NCBI GenBank assembly: GCA_963717505.1
Contig: OY970342.1
Coordinates: forward strand, 1,216,001 to 1,280,000
DNA length: 64,000 bases
Direction of reading: 5' to 3'
DNA from: Candidatus Eiseniibacteriota bacterium
GTDB taxonomy: Bacteria; Eisenbacteria; RBG-16-71-46
The notes beneath the pieces were generated by a model, which was not told where the DNA came from, did no database searches, and was given only the letters and a program-made list of their open reading frames with translations. Within the stretch, counting starts at the first letter, position 1. Each line of letters opens with the position of its first letter. This document shows positions 9,909 through 24,794 of the stretch, piece after piece. Made by a program: the position numbers and the translations under genes.

Positions 9909-10720
9909 ACCAGACGCGTCGAGCCCCTGCTCCCGCCTTGACCGCGCCGGCTCCGGTGCGGGTGTTGGTCGCCGACGACGAGCCGCGCGCGCGCCAGTTC
10001 ATCGAGCGGCTGCTCAGCGAGCATGCCGATCTCGAAATCGTCGGCACCGCCCGCGGCGGCGCCGAAGCGCTCGAGCTGACATCGCGCCACACGCCCGACG
10101 TCGTGTTCCTCGACATTCACATGCCCGATCTGTCCGGGCTCGAAGTCGCGCGGCAGATCGCGCGCGAACGCTCCGGCGCGCTGCCCCACATCGTGTTCGT
10201 CACCGCGTACGACCGCTACGCGGTGGACGCGTTCGAAGTCGCGGCCCTGGACTACGTGCTCAAGCCGCTCAAGCGCGACCGGCTGGCCGAGACGGTGCGC
10301 CGCGTGGTGACCGAAGTCCGCAACACCCCGCCCGCCGCGCGCGCTCGAGAACTGCGGGCCGCCCTCGAGCGGCCCGAGATCGAACGGCAGATGCCGCCGC
10401 TCCGGCGACTGCCGGTCCGCCATCGGCGCGAGGTCAAGCTGCTGGAATTGACCGACGTGCCGATGGTGTTTTCGCGCGACCGGCTGGTGCTCGCGCGGGC
10501 CGACGGCCGCGAATACCTGGTGGACTACACGCTCCAGGAGCTGGAGCAGCGGCTGCCGCGCGATCAGTTCGTACGCGTTCATCGCGGTGCGCTCGTGAAT
10601 CTGGATGCGATCGAGTCCTACGGCGGCGAGGACGGCGTGCTGGTCCTCAAGCTGCGCGACGGGACCCGCGTCGAGGCGAGCGAACGACGCGCGGCCGAGG
10701 TCCGCCGGCGTCTGAAGTAG
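9905..10720 (+). CDS. LytTR-family response regulator
   Basis: VADDE..FLDIHMP..TAYD..DYVLKP receiver; FVRVHRGALVNL LytTR domain; ATGA overlap. Confidence 0.92.
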   Translation: MNQTRRAPAPALTAPAPVRVLVADDEPRARQFIERLLSEHADLEIVGTARGGAEALELTSRHTPDVVFLDIHMPDLSGLEVARQIARERSGALPHIVFVTAYDRYAVDAFEVAALDYVLKPLKRDRLAETVRRVVTEVRNTPPAARARELRAALERPEIERQMPPLRRLPVRHRREVKLLELTDVPMVFSRDRLVLARADGREYLVDYTLQELEQRLPRDQFVRVHRGALVNLDAIESYGGEDGVLVLKLRDGTRVEASERRAAEVRRRLK

Positions 10721-10750
10721 AGCCGTGGGTCTCGGACCCGGCGCCGGGAA

Positions 10751-12181
10751 TCAGCCGCCGAGGCCCTGAAGCGCTCCGAGGTCGGGGAACGGCCACGCCA
10801 GGCGCTCGAGGCGCGCCGCATCGATCATCACCGGATGCTTGCGGCGCAGCGTCTCGGTGTACTCCTGCATCCGTGCGTTCTGGCGCTCCTCGAGGACCAT
10901 GCCGTGGAGCTGCTCCAGCAGATCCGGGGGCAGGGACTCGAACGGCGGCGCCTGAGGGCCCGCGCGCGCAGCGTACTCGGCGCGCAGGTCGCTCTCGGTG
11001 GGTGGCTCAACGTGCGCCAGTATTTCTTCCTGGTACAGCGCCTGGAGCGCCAGGCCGTCGGCGCGATCTTCGGCCGCGCGGCGCACGGCCGGCTCCTCGT
11101 TCAGGCGACGCGAGCGGCCTTCGACCAACACGATCTTCTGCAGCACCGTGGTCTCGAGCCAGCGCGCGATGGCCGCGGTGCTCGAGAGGTTCGGTCGATC
11201 GAGCCGAGCCAGGTCGACGATCGCTTCCGACAGCATGTACCGCTGCCAGCCTTCCTCGGTGCGATAGCGCGCCAGCAGGACCAGCTCATCCGGGAGACCG
11301 GTGGTGTCCGAACGCGTGCCCTGGACGCGCGAGAACACGGCCTGCGCCGCGTCGGGTTCGAGTCGGAAATCGTGGGAGCGCTGCATCTGCTCGACTGCAC
11401 GCTGCAGCAGCAACCGTTGTTTGCGCACGCGAATCTGCTGCTCGAGCTGGGGCGCAATTTCGGCGAGCGGCGGCACGTCCCGCTGTCGGCGGTCGGAGAC
11501 CTGCGCCAGGAACCACGCATCCGAGCCGACGCGCACCGGACCGATCACCTGGTTGAGCGGGGCGTTCCGCAGAAGACCGTCGAGCGGCTCAGGCATCGCC
11601 CCGCCCGGGACGTAGCCGAAGTCTCCGTCGGGTTGCACGACCCCGGTCGTGTTCATGCGCAGCGCGACCGACGTGAAGTCCTCGCCGGCCTCGATGCGTT
11701 CGCGCGCATGGAGGAGGAGCGCGTCGCTCTGGGCGTGGATCAGCCGAACGTGCGATTCGGTCTTGCTCCATTCGTAGTAGCGCTCGAGCTCGGCCTGACT
11801 GACTGGAAGGTTGGTCGGCGCGAAACGCGAGGTCATCTCGCGCATCAGCGCCGCGTCCTCGGCCTCCCGGGCGGCGCGCATCGACTCCTCGGGCGGGATC
11901 AACCCGCGTTGCCGAGCCTCGAGCCGCAACAGCTCGCGTCGCACCAGCTCGTCGAGCAGGACGAGCTTCGCGCTGTCGGGGTTCTGCGGATACGCGTTGC
12001 CCGAAGCGCGCGCTGCCTCGAGGAACTCGCCGACCGTGATCGTGCTGGGTCCGACGCGCGCCAGGGGGCGAGACTCGAGCGTGCACGAGGCGAGGAGGAG
12101 CGGGGCAGCGGCGAGCACGAGTGCCAGGACGCGAGCGGGGCACCGGCGCACTTCGAAAAGGAACACGGGTGAAGGAGTCAT
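10751..12181 (-). CDS. PpiC/PrsA-like peptidylprolyl isomerase lipoprotein
   Basis: LASC lipobox, HVRLI..GEDF..DGDFGY; next to mfd; start uncertain. Confidence 0.75.
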   Translation of the reverse strand: MTPSPVFLFEVRRCPARVLALVLAAAPLLLASCTLESRPLARVGPSTITVGEFLEAARASGNAYPQNPDSAKLVLLDELVRRELLRLEARQRGLIPPEESMRAAREAEDAALMREMTSRFAPTNLPVSQAELERYYEWSKTESHVRLIHAQSDALLLHARERIEAGEDFTSVALRMNTTGVVQPDGDFGYVPGGAMPEPLDGLLRNAPLNQVIGPVRVGSDAWFLAQVSDRRQRDVPPLAEIAPQLEQQIRVRKQRLLLQRAVEQMQRSHDFRLEPDAAQAVFSRVQGTRSDTTGLPDELVLLARYRTEEGWQRYMLSEAIVDLARLDRPNLSSTAAIARWLETTVLQKIVLVEGRSRRLNEEPAVRRAAEDRADGLALQALYQEEILAHVEPPTESDLRAEYAARAGPQAPPFESLPPDLLEQLHGMVLEERQNARMQEYTETLRRKHPVMIDAARLERLAWPFPDLGALQGLGG

Positions 12182-12256
12182 GAGCGAGCGACGGACGTTA
12201 GTCGAGCCGCACCAGAGTGGCAACCCACGGCGGGGGTTCGGGTCGGGCACTGCGCG

Positions 12257-15697
<3,441 letters not shown>

Positions 15698-15788
15698 GGC
15701 TCCCGTTCGTGCGGCAACGCAAAAAAGCCGCCACGAAGATCTCGTGGCGGTGCCCATCGTCTGCCGCTCGGGCGCTAGCCCCGGCGGC

Positions 15789-16412
15789 TCAAGGGTCCGA
15801 TACGTCCCCCGCGGTCGCCGGCTCGGCGATCACCTCGGTCAGAACCCGTGACAACTCCCGCATGGCGCGATCGCATTCCGCGTGACTCGACTGGTCGCTG
15901 GGATGGTATTCGCCACCGGGATGGATCCAGCGGACCCGCCCCCGACGGTCGAGCAGGAACGACACCGAGGTCCACTCGTGCTCGGGATGGCCGTCGAGCC
16001 AGTAGCGTCCCAGGGTCGTCCACTTGGAGTCGACCGCGATCGCGCCGCCGAAACCCAGCTTGCGCGCGTGATTCGCGATGTCGCGATCGGTCACTTCCTT
16101 CGGCACCTTGGGATGATAGACGCCGATGACCACGAGATCGTCGGGGTAGCGGAGCCTGAGCTTCTCGAGGACCGGCAGGGTCGCCTTGCAGTAGCGACAG
16201 CCGTCGGTCCACCAACGCATCAACACCACCTGACCGCGCAGGTCTTCGACCGACCTCGGCGTCGCCCCGATCCAGCGGTCGAACGACCAAGCCGGCGCTG
16301 GACGGCCGAGAAGTTCCTCCCCAGACTCGATCGCCGTCGGTCCGGCCACGGCGGACACCAGCGTGGCGAGAGCGACGGCGGCCTGGATCATCACCGATCC
16401 GATGAGCATCAC
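15789..16412 (-). CDS. TlpA-like thiol-disulfide oxidoreductase
   Basis: LRGQVVL..WWTDGCRYC (CxxC); N-terminal signal. Confidence 0.85.
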   Translation of the reverse strand: MMLIGSVMIQAAVALATLVSAVAGPTAIESGEELLGRPAPAWSFDRWIGATPRSVEDLRGQVVLMRWWTDGCRYCKATLPVLEKLRLRYPDDLVVIGVYHPKVPKEVTDRDIANHARKLGFGGAIAVDSKWTTLGRYWLDGHPEHEWTSVSFLLDRRGRVRWIHPGGEYHPSDQSSHAECDRAMRELSRVLTEVIAEPATAGDVSDP

Positions 16413-16506
16413 CGGGAAAGCCTAACGCAATCTGGTCTCTCGCCCCAATACATGCTATCGTCCCCGGCATTCGGAAACGGTCAAACCTGATCCAGGGAGG
16501 ATTCCG

Positions 16507-17315
16507 ATGAGGCGCGTACTAGTCCCTTCTGTTTCGCTGCGGCCCTTGTCGCCGGAATCGCATATGCGATGCCCGAGACGCTCGATTACGTCGATCGCGC
16601 CGCGCCCGACTTCACCTGGCCCGCCACGGACTGGGATGGTGACGGAGTCCACGACCGCCTCGACCGCTGCAACAACACGTCCAAGGGCTGCATGGTCGAC
16701 TCCTATGGCTGCGGATCGGACTTCGACGACGACGGCGTGTGCGACGGGGTCGACCAGTGCAACGACACGCAGCCGGGGACGAAGGTCGACAAGCACGGCT
16801 GCCCGGTTGGGAAGAAGGGCTATTCGACGCAACCCTCGGCGCAGAAGGCGCCGGTGTCCCCGCAGCCGGCGAAGCCGGCGCAGGACGACACGCCGGACGA
16901 GGTCCAGAAGCAGCTGACCGCGAAGGGCACCATCCGGCTCGAGAACGTCTACTTCGAGCCGAACAGTGCCAAACTGACGCCCGACTCCGAGGAAGCCTTG
17001 CGCAAGGTGGGACGCTCGCTCGAGAAATACCCGGACCTGCGCTTCGAAATCGAGGGCCACACCGACAGCAAGGGTGCTGCGAACGTGAATCAGAGGCTCA
17101 GCGAGCAGCGGGCACATTCGGTTCGGGAGTTCCTGATCTACAACTTCAAGCTCACTCCCTCGAACTACACGGCTCGCGGCTACGGCGAGACGCGGCTGGA
17201 GAACGACGAGCGCAACGACGAGGAGCGGATGCGCAATCGCCGGGTGGAGATGCGCCTGCTGAACCCCGATGCGCTGCCGAGCGGCGTCAAGGTCAAGCAG
17301 GATGACGGGCGCTAG
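16507..17315 (+). CDS. OmpA-family protein with Ca-binding thrombospondin-3-like repeats; frameshift within the signal peptide
   Basis: DWDGDGV..DFDDDGV, IEGHTDS, LSEQRA, NRRVE; GGAGG-ATG at 16507 joins FAAALVAGIAYA only through an indel near 16525. Confidence 0.85.
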
Positions 17316-17352
17316 CCCGTGGGGCGAATCCGGTGAAAGGTAGCTCGACCGC

Positions 17353-17802
17353 GTGAAAGCCAAGATGTTGCTCGCCGAAGCGGCGACCGGTCACCCCGAC
17401 GGCACGGTCAGCATGCTGCGGGCGGGGATCACGCACGTGTGGACCCAGCCGAACCCGCCCTTCGGCATCCAGGCGGCACTGGTGTCGCGCATCGAAGCCG
17501 ACCTCGGCGACACCGGCCAGCACCAATTCGACCTGCGATGCATGAACGACGATGGCGCCGAAGTCATGCCCCGGCTGTCGGGACACTTCGCGGTCGCGGC
17601 GGGCGGCGGCGCCAACAACCTCATCCTCAATTTCAACACACCGCTGCCCAAGCACGGTCGCTATACGTTCGTGCTGCGCGTCGACAACGTGCAGCTCGAT
17701 CATTGCACGGTGCAGTTGTCGCCGGCGCCCCAGGGCCAGCATCCGGGCGGGCCGGGATTGCCGCCGGGCGGGCCCGGGCCGGCCAAGCCCCCGGGCGCCT
17801 AG
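17353..17802 (+). CDS. hypothetical protein (DUF6941-like) with Pro/Gly tail
   Basis: Beta-rich ORF, ..LPKHGRYTFVLRVD; family assignment tentative. Confidence 0.6.
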   Translation: MKAKMLLAEAATGHPDGTVSMLRAGITHVWTQPNPPFGIQAALVSRIEADLGDTGQHQFDLRCMNDDGAEVMPRLSGHFAVAAGGGANNLILNFNTPLPKHGRYTFVLRVDNVQLDHCTVQLSPAPQGQHPGGPGLPPGGPGPAKPPGA

Positions 17803-17809
17803 GCCGCAG

Positions 17810-19917
17810 CTAGGCGGGTGCCGGTACCCGGCGCGAGGTCATCCCCCAGCGCGCGATCGTGGTTTCCGCCGCGAGCAGGATCAACGCGGCGATGATGAAC
17901 AGCCCCCAGAGTTCGCGGCCGAAACGCGCTTCGCGCACGCGCTGAGCGAGGTCGCTGCCCGGCCTCAACACCTGCGCGCGCCCGCGCGGAAACCCGGCGA
18001 CGATCGCCTCCGGAGCCAACGCCGACAAGTCCGACTCGCGCGGCTCGGGGTTCACGGCGAAGGTCCCGCGCAGCCGGCCGTCGCGCAGCACCCGGTAGAG
18101 CCCGGGCTGTTCGAGCGACTCCGATCGCAGGCGCAACGCGCCGCGTTCGGAGACCAGCTCGACCGCGACCTCACGACCGTCCTGTCGCTCGATCCGCCAC
18201 ACGCCGGTGCCGCCCGGCGCTACGTAGCGATCGCCCGGCGCGAGCGAAGCGGCGGCGGTGCCGCGGCCGAGGACTTTGACGGCCTGGTGCACCAACGGCA
18301 GGAACGCGCCGCTGACCGCGAAGTCGGATTGACCGGGGTCCAGGAGGACGTTGAGCACCAGCGCGCGCGGGGCCTCGACCAGCGCTGCGTGCGTGCGGTC
18401 GAACTCGAGCAGCACCCGGCCCTCGGCGCCGGGCGTGAACGCGCGCACAGATTGGAACCGAGCGCTCGAGAACGCCTCGCCGGCGCGCGACGGAAAACCC
18501 ACCAGCGCCGGGTGCCCGGCCACCGCGCGCATCAGCCGCCACACGGCACCGGCCGTCGCGGGCTCGATCGCGCCCACGGTTCCGGCGCCGGTCTCGCGCA
18601 GCACGGTCGAGTTCCAAAACGCGGGGTCGGCCTGGCGGCCAATCGCAAGCACCAGCGCGCCGCCACTCCGGTAGTAGTCGAGCACCGCCTGAAGCTCGAC
18701 CGGGCCCAGGCGCTCGACGTCGTGGATCACCAGCGCGTCGGCGTCGGCCAGCTGCGCGGCGAGTGCGGTGCCGCTCCCCACTTCGACCGCGAGGCCGGAG
18801 GCCGGCGAGCCGGCTTCGAGCGCGAGACGCAGGGCCGAAGGTGCGCCGTCCTCCCGGAGCACGATGCGCAGCGTTCCCGAACGTCCGGAGGCGAACACGC
18901 GTGCGTTGTCGCCCAGCAGGGCGTCGTCGGGGATGCGGGCGATACCGCCCTGGTCGGGAAGGCGTCCGAGCGGCAGCAGCGTGCTGCCCTCGCCGCGGGC
19001 GGGGATCGAAGCGAAGCCGCGCCCGAGAGCTTCCGAGGTTCCGACCTCGGTGACTTCGACCGCGAGATCGCCCGCCGGAGCGTCGAAGCTCGCGATGCTC
19101 ACCGACAGGGCGGCGGCGGCCGAGGACCCCGACGTCTCGACGTCGCCCGGGGCGAGCAGCGCGTCGGAGACCATGGCGTTCGCGCGGTTCACGGTGTTGA
19201 TCGGGATCACGAACACGCGGGACTCGCGCCACGGACCGTCGGGTGCCGTCAAACGGTCGGGCGGCGCCCCGCCGCCCTCGGTGCGCGCGGCACCGCCCAA
19301 TCCGGTTCGCTGGAAGTCGGAGATCCAGAACAACTCGCGATTGAGCGCGCGCGATTCGCCGAGTGAGCGCGCCGCCAGCGCCAGCGCCGCTTCGTGGTCG
19401 GTGGTGGCCGCACTCCCCGCGATCCCCTGAATCGCCGCACGCACGCGGCCCAGGTCGGAGCTGGGTCGTGGGGTCACCGGCTGCGGCGTGCGGTCGTAGG
19501 GGACGAGCAGAATCTCGTCCTGGGGGCCGAGCGAGCCCAGCAGGTCTTCGACCACGCGGCGGGCCTCGTCGAGCAGCGTCGCACCGCGCGCCCCGCCGCT
19601 GGCGTTGGCCCCCATGCTGCCGCTGCGATCCACCAGCACGACGACACTGGTCGCGGCACCACCCGCGAAGCCGACGGTGCCACGCAGCGCGGGCCGCGCC
19701 ATCGCCAGTGCGATCGCGGCAACTGCCAGCGTGCGCAGGATCAGCAGCAGCCACTGCTTGATCTGAGCCTGCGGATCTCGCTCTGGTTCACCTCGGAGAG
19801 GAATTCGAGCGAGGGGAAGCGGATCTCCTTGGGCCGGCGGCGGGTGAACAGGTGAATGACCACCGGGATCGCGGCCGCGAGCAGCCCGAACAGGAACAGC
19901 GGATTGAGGAAACTCAA
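17810..19917 (-). CDS. BatA/VWA-domain membrane protein; frameshift near 19764
   Basis: TTG start gives MSFLNPLFLFGLLAAAIPVVIHL (BatA double TM); LARP, DRSGSMG VWA motif; C-terminal ESDL..ELW..TM. Confidence 0.85.
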
Positions 19918-20531
19918 CGGGGGTACTCCGAGAATCGGCCGAGGGCGTCATCCCACCACTCGAGGCGCGTGACCGGATGGATCTCCCACGAGGACACGCG
20001 GCGATTGGTCGGGGACGTGAAGTCGGGATACTCGTAATCGTAGAGGAGCCAACCCGAGATGCGCACGCGCCGCGTGCCGCGCTCCCAGGCGGTCACGGTT
20101 CCGCGCGTCGGACGGAACAACTCGCCGAGCCGAGCGTAGCGCCAGGACGACGAGTGCCGGTGCCACTGGGGTGTGATCTCGGCGGTCACGTACAGGAAGG
20201 GCGGGTCGTCGGGTCGATGCTGGGCCGGCACGATCTCGAGATGCAGATCTCCGTCCGATGCGCGCACCATGCGCTGCACGTAGCCGTCGAGCGAGACCGC
20301 GCGCCGCTCGATGCCCGAGTACTCGGCCACGCTCAGCTGTCGCGGCAGATCGGCCATCGCCGCGAACGTGGTCGGTTCGACGGCCGCCGGTTCCTCGATC
20401 CGGTCCTTCATGTCGCGCAGATGCCGAGCGGCGACACTCGCGGTTGGCGACTTGCCCACCAGGTGAAGGTAGAAGGCGGAGGCGGCCATCCCCGCGAGCA
20501 GCGAAACGGTCGCTGCGGCGCGCAGGATCAC
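19914..20531 (-). CDS. exported hypothetical protein
   Basis: N-terminal hydrophobic segment; DGDLHLEI..ISGWLLYD..WEIHPV; overlaps both neighbours by 4 nt. Confidence 0.7.
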   Translation of the reverse strand: MILRAAATVSLLAGMAASAFYLHLVGKSPTASVAARHLRDMKDRIEEPAAVEPTTFAAMADLPRQLSVAEYSGIERRAVSLDGYVQRMVRASDGDLHLEIVPAQHRPDDPPFLYVTAEITPQWHRHSSSWRYARLGELFRPTRGTVTAWERGTRRVRISGWLLYDYEYPDFTSPTNRRVSSWEIHPVTRLEWWDDALGRFSEYPR

Positions 20532-21488
20532 ATCAGCCTCGCCCGCTTCTCCAGGTAGGCGAGCAGCGCCCGGTCGAACGGCGTGCGCGTGTCGATCTGC
20601 ACGTAGTCGATCCGGGCCTCGCGGCAGCTACGGCGATAGAGGTCGGTCCACGCCGCGAGCTTCTCGCGGTAGCGCCGCGCGATCTCCCACGGCTCGGTGG
20701 TCAGCCGCTCGCCGCTCTCCATGTCGACGAAGGTCGCCGTGTCGGTGTAGGGAAAATCGAGTTCGTCGGGGTCGAGGATGTGGAACACGATGACTTCGTG
20801 ATTCCGATGCCGGAAGTGCTGGAGCCCGGACAGGACCTCTTCGGGCCGTCCATGAGGTCCGAGCACAGGATCACGAGCCCGCGGCGCTTGATGCGTTCGG
20901 CCAGCTCGTGGAGCACCGGCCCGAGGCGGGTGCTTCCCTGCGACGCGTGGGCGCCAAAGGTCTTGAGCAGGACGTCGAGGTGCGAGCGCATCCGCGCGCG
21001 GCGGGCACGTAGGCCAGCGGACGATCGGCGAACAGCAGAGTGCCGACGGCGTCCTGCTGATGGAGCATGAGGTAGGCGAGGGCGGCGGCCAGCGACTGGG
21101 CGTATTCGAGCTTGCTCATCGCGGCCCGCGGCGAGCGAAAGGCCATCGAGCCGGACAGGTCGAGCAGCAGGTGGCAGCGCAGGTTGGTCTCTTCGGTGTA
21201 CTGCTTCACCAGGTAGCGGTCGCTGCGCGCCCAGACCTTCCAGTCGATGTTCTTGAGCGGATCGCCGGGCATGTACGGGCGGTGCTCCGCGAACTCGACG
21301 CTGAAGCCGTGGAACGGGGAGCGGTGCATGCCGGCGATGAACCCTTCGACCACCAGGCGTGCGCGCACGTCGAGGTGCGCGAGGCGCGCGACCACGGCGG
21401 GATCGAGAAACTGCCGGTCGGCGGCGGCACCCCGGGCGACGCCGCGGTCGGGCTGGGCGCCGGACGAGGCGCGCGGAAACGAGCTCAC
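20528..21488 (-). CDS. DUF58 MoxR-associated protein; frameshifts near 20995 and 20845
   Basis: GMHRSPFHGFSVEFAEHRPY, IDWKVWAR, EETN, LDLSGSM; C-terminal part continues in other frames. Confidence 0.85.
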
Positions 21489-21489
21489 G

Positions 21490-22242
21490 TCAGTCCCGCC
21501 ACGCGGTCCACACCATCTCGTCGATCTCGTGTTCGAGCGGGCGCCGGTCGAACCCGCCCCAGACCTGGAAGCGCTGGAAGCCGGCGGCTCGGAGGAGCAG
21601 CTCCATCTCGTAGCGGAACGTCCAGCGCAGGGTGAAGCCGTAGCGCTTGGTTTCGCCCGTGGAATCGAGGACCTCGCGCTCGCTGGTCAAGATCTGATTC
21701 ACCGCGTCGTAGTGCGGCGTAGACCAGATGGACACCGATTGCCCGCCCTCCGGATCGGTGACGTCGCGCTCGTGCATGCGCTGGTCGTGATGCTCGACGA
21801 TGTAGCGAAATCCCGGAAAGAACAGATTGAATACCAGGAACCCGCCGGGTTGCAGGTGTTCGCGCATGCAGCGCAGCGCACGGATTTGATCGTCGGTGGT
21901 TGCCAGGTGCATGAATGCGCGGAACGGGATGGTGATCAACGCGTAGTGGCGCGGCATGGTGAAGTCGCGCATGTCGGCGACGTGGACGCGCGGCGCGAGC
22001 TTCTGCGCGGCGGCTTTGTCCTTGAGCCGGGCGAGCATCGCCGGCTCGCGATCGATGCCCTCGATGTCGACACCCGCGGCCAGCGTCGGGATCAGGATGC
22101 GGCCGGTGCCGCAGCCCGCCTCGAGCACCGGGCCACGGGCCGCACGGGCTTTCTCGAGGTAGAACGCGAGGTCGGCGTCGTACCACGAGTAGATCAGGTC
22201 GTACAGAGCCGGGTCGGTGTAGGTGTGGGCCGACGCGGTCAT
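21490..22242 (-). CDS. class I SAM-dependent methyltransferase
   Basis: VLEAGCGTGR, ADMRDF, HLQPGG. Confidence 0.9.
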   Translation of the reverse strand: MTASAHTYTDPALYDLIYSWYDADLAFYLEKARAARGPVLEAGCGTGRILIPTLAAGVDIEGIDREPAMLARLKDKAAAQKLAPRVHVADMRDFTMPRHYALITIPFRAFMHLATTDDQIRALRCMREHLQPGGFLVFNLFFPGFRYIVEHHDQRMHERDVTDPEGGQSVSIWSTPHYDAVNQILTSEREVLDSTGETKRYGFTLRWTFRYEMELLLRAAGFQRFQVWGGFDRRPLEHEIDEMVWTAWRD

Positions 22243-23606
22243 GCCCGGTGTCCGCCGGCGCGACTGCGGCCTTTCCATACCGCATAGACCGGCAGGCCGA
22301 GGGCCGCGATGATCACGCCGGCCGCCGCCCGCCAGCCACTCGAGAGCAGGTCGCTGGCGATGATCACGACCACCACCACCACGAACAACAGCGGGGTCAC
22401 CGGATAGAACGGCGACCGGTAGGGCGGCGGGGGGCCTCCGGTCGTCCGCTCGCGATGGCGCTGGACGAAGAGCGCGGCGGTGGTCAATCCGTAGAACAGC
22501 CACGACGTGGTCACGAACCAGCCGGAGACGTCTTCGAAGCCGCCCGACAGCAGCAGCCAGACGCACGACAGCACACCCTGGATCCACAGGGCGAGCGAGG
22601 GCGTGGCGCGCCGCGGATCGAGCGCCGCCAGCGGCTTCCACAGGAGCCCGTCCGCCGCCATCGCCTGCGTCACGCGCGGACCGGTGAGGATGGCGCCGTT
22701 GGTGGTGCCGAACGTCGACACCGCCACCAGCACCGCGAGGGCGGCGCGGCCCCACTCGCCAAGCAACCGTCCGATGGTCTCCGAACCCACGGCCTCGTAG
22801 GTCGCGACTTCCCGCGGGGTGAGCACCGTGAAGTACGCCAGGTTGGTCAGCAGGTACATGACGATCACCAGCACGGTGCCCCAGATGATCGCGATCGGCA
22901 GCGTGCGCTGGGGCTCGACGATCTCGCCGGCGACGTAGGTCGCGTCGGTCCAGCCGTCGTAGGCGAAGAACACCGGGATCATCGCGACGATGAAGGCGAG
23001 CAGCAGCGGCTTGGAGCTGGCGGCGGACGCGGCCTCGGGCGCGGGTCCGGGCGGGTATACCGCCGGCAGCAGGAACGCCGCGGCGCACAGCGCCAGGATG
23101 CCGATCACCTTGGCGGTGGTGAACAGGGATTGCGTGCGCGCGCCCTCGCGCACGCCGAGCCAGTTGACGAACGTCAGCAACAGGATCGCGGCGCAGCCGA
23201 TCGGCATCTGGGCCGAAACCGGCAGCCGGACCGCTTCGCAGAAGTAGAGCGCAAACACGCTGGTGATCGAGGCGATGACCGTCGGCTTGATCACCCACAG
23301 ATTGGCCCAGCCGAACGCGAAGCCCCAGCGATCTCCGAAGGCCTCGCGAATGTAGACGTAGAGCCCGCCGGTCTTGGGACGCGCCGAGGACAGCTCGGCC
23401 AGCACCAGCGAGCCGCACATCGACATGACGCCGCCCAGCACCCAGGCCAGCAGCACCAGGCCGACGGTGGTGATTTCCTGAGCCACCGAGTGCGGCGAAC
23501 GGAAGATGCCGGAGCCGATGATGTTGCCGACCGTGATCGCGGTCGCGGCATAGAGTCCGATTTGGCGTTTGAGCTCGACGTGCTGCACCGGGGCGGCGGT
23601 GGCCAT
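22239..23606 (-). CDS. APC-family amino acid permease
   Basis: GNIIGSGIF, AELSS..GGLYVY, FAYDGW, about 12 TM helices. Confidence 0.92.
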   Translation of the reverse strand: MATAAPVQHVELKRQIGLYAATAITVGNIIGSGIFRSPHSVAQEITTVGLVLLAWVLGGVMSMCGSLVLAELSSARPKTGGLYVYIREAFGDRWGFAFGWANLWVIKPTVIASITSVFALYFCEAVRLPVSAQMPIGCAAILLLTFVNWLGVREGARTQSLFTTAKVIGILALCAAAFLLPAVYPPGPAPEAASAASSKPLLLAFIVAMIPVFFAYDGWTDATYVAGEIVEPQRTLPIAIIWGTVLVIVMYLLTNLAYFTVLTPREVATYEAVGSETIGRLLGEWGRAALAVLVAVSTFGTTNGAILTGPRVTQAMAADGLLWKPLAALDPRRATPSLALWIQGVLSCVWLLLSGGFEDVSGWFVTTSWLFYGLTTAALFVQRHRERTTGGPPPPYRSPFYPVTPLLFVVVVVVIIASDLLSSGWRAAAGVIIAALGLPVYAVWKGRSRAGGHRA

Positions 23607-23610
23607 GGGC

Positions 23611-24610
<1,000 letters not shown>

Positions 24611-24794
24611 GAGATCCTCGGTCGGAGAGGTTGAAACGCGAGCAGGGGGCCGCGGTGCCTCGAGTGAGCCCCACGGGCGCAGGAAAGTCGCAGGAGCCTA
24701 GCACGCCCCTAGGAGCGCGACCAGGATTCCACGGTGCGGACGCGGCGAGTCGCGTGTCCGGCGCGGCGCCGGGTCACGGAGAAGTCAGGGATGA

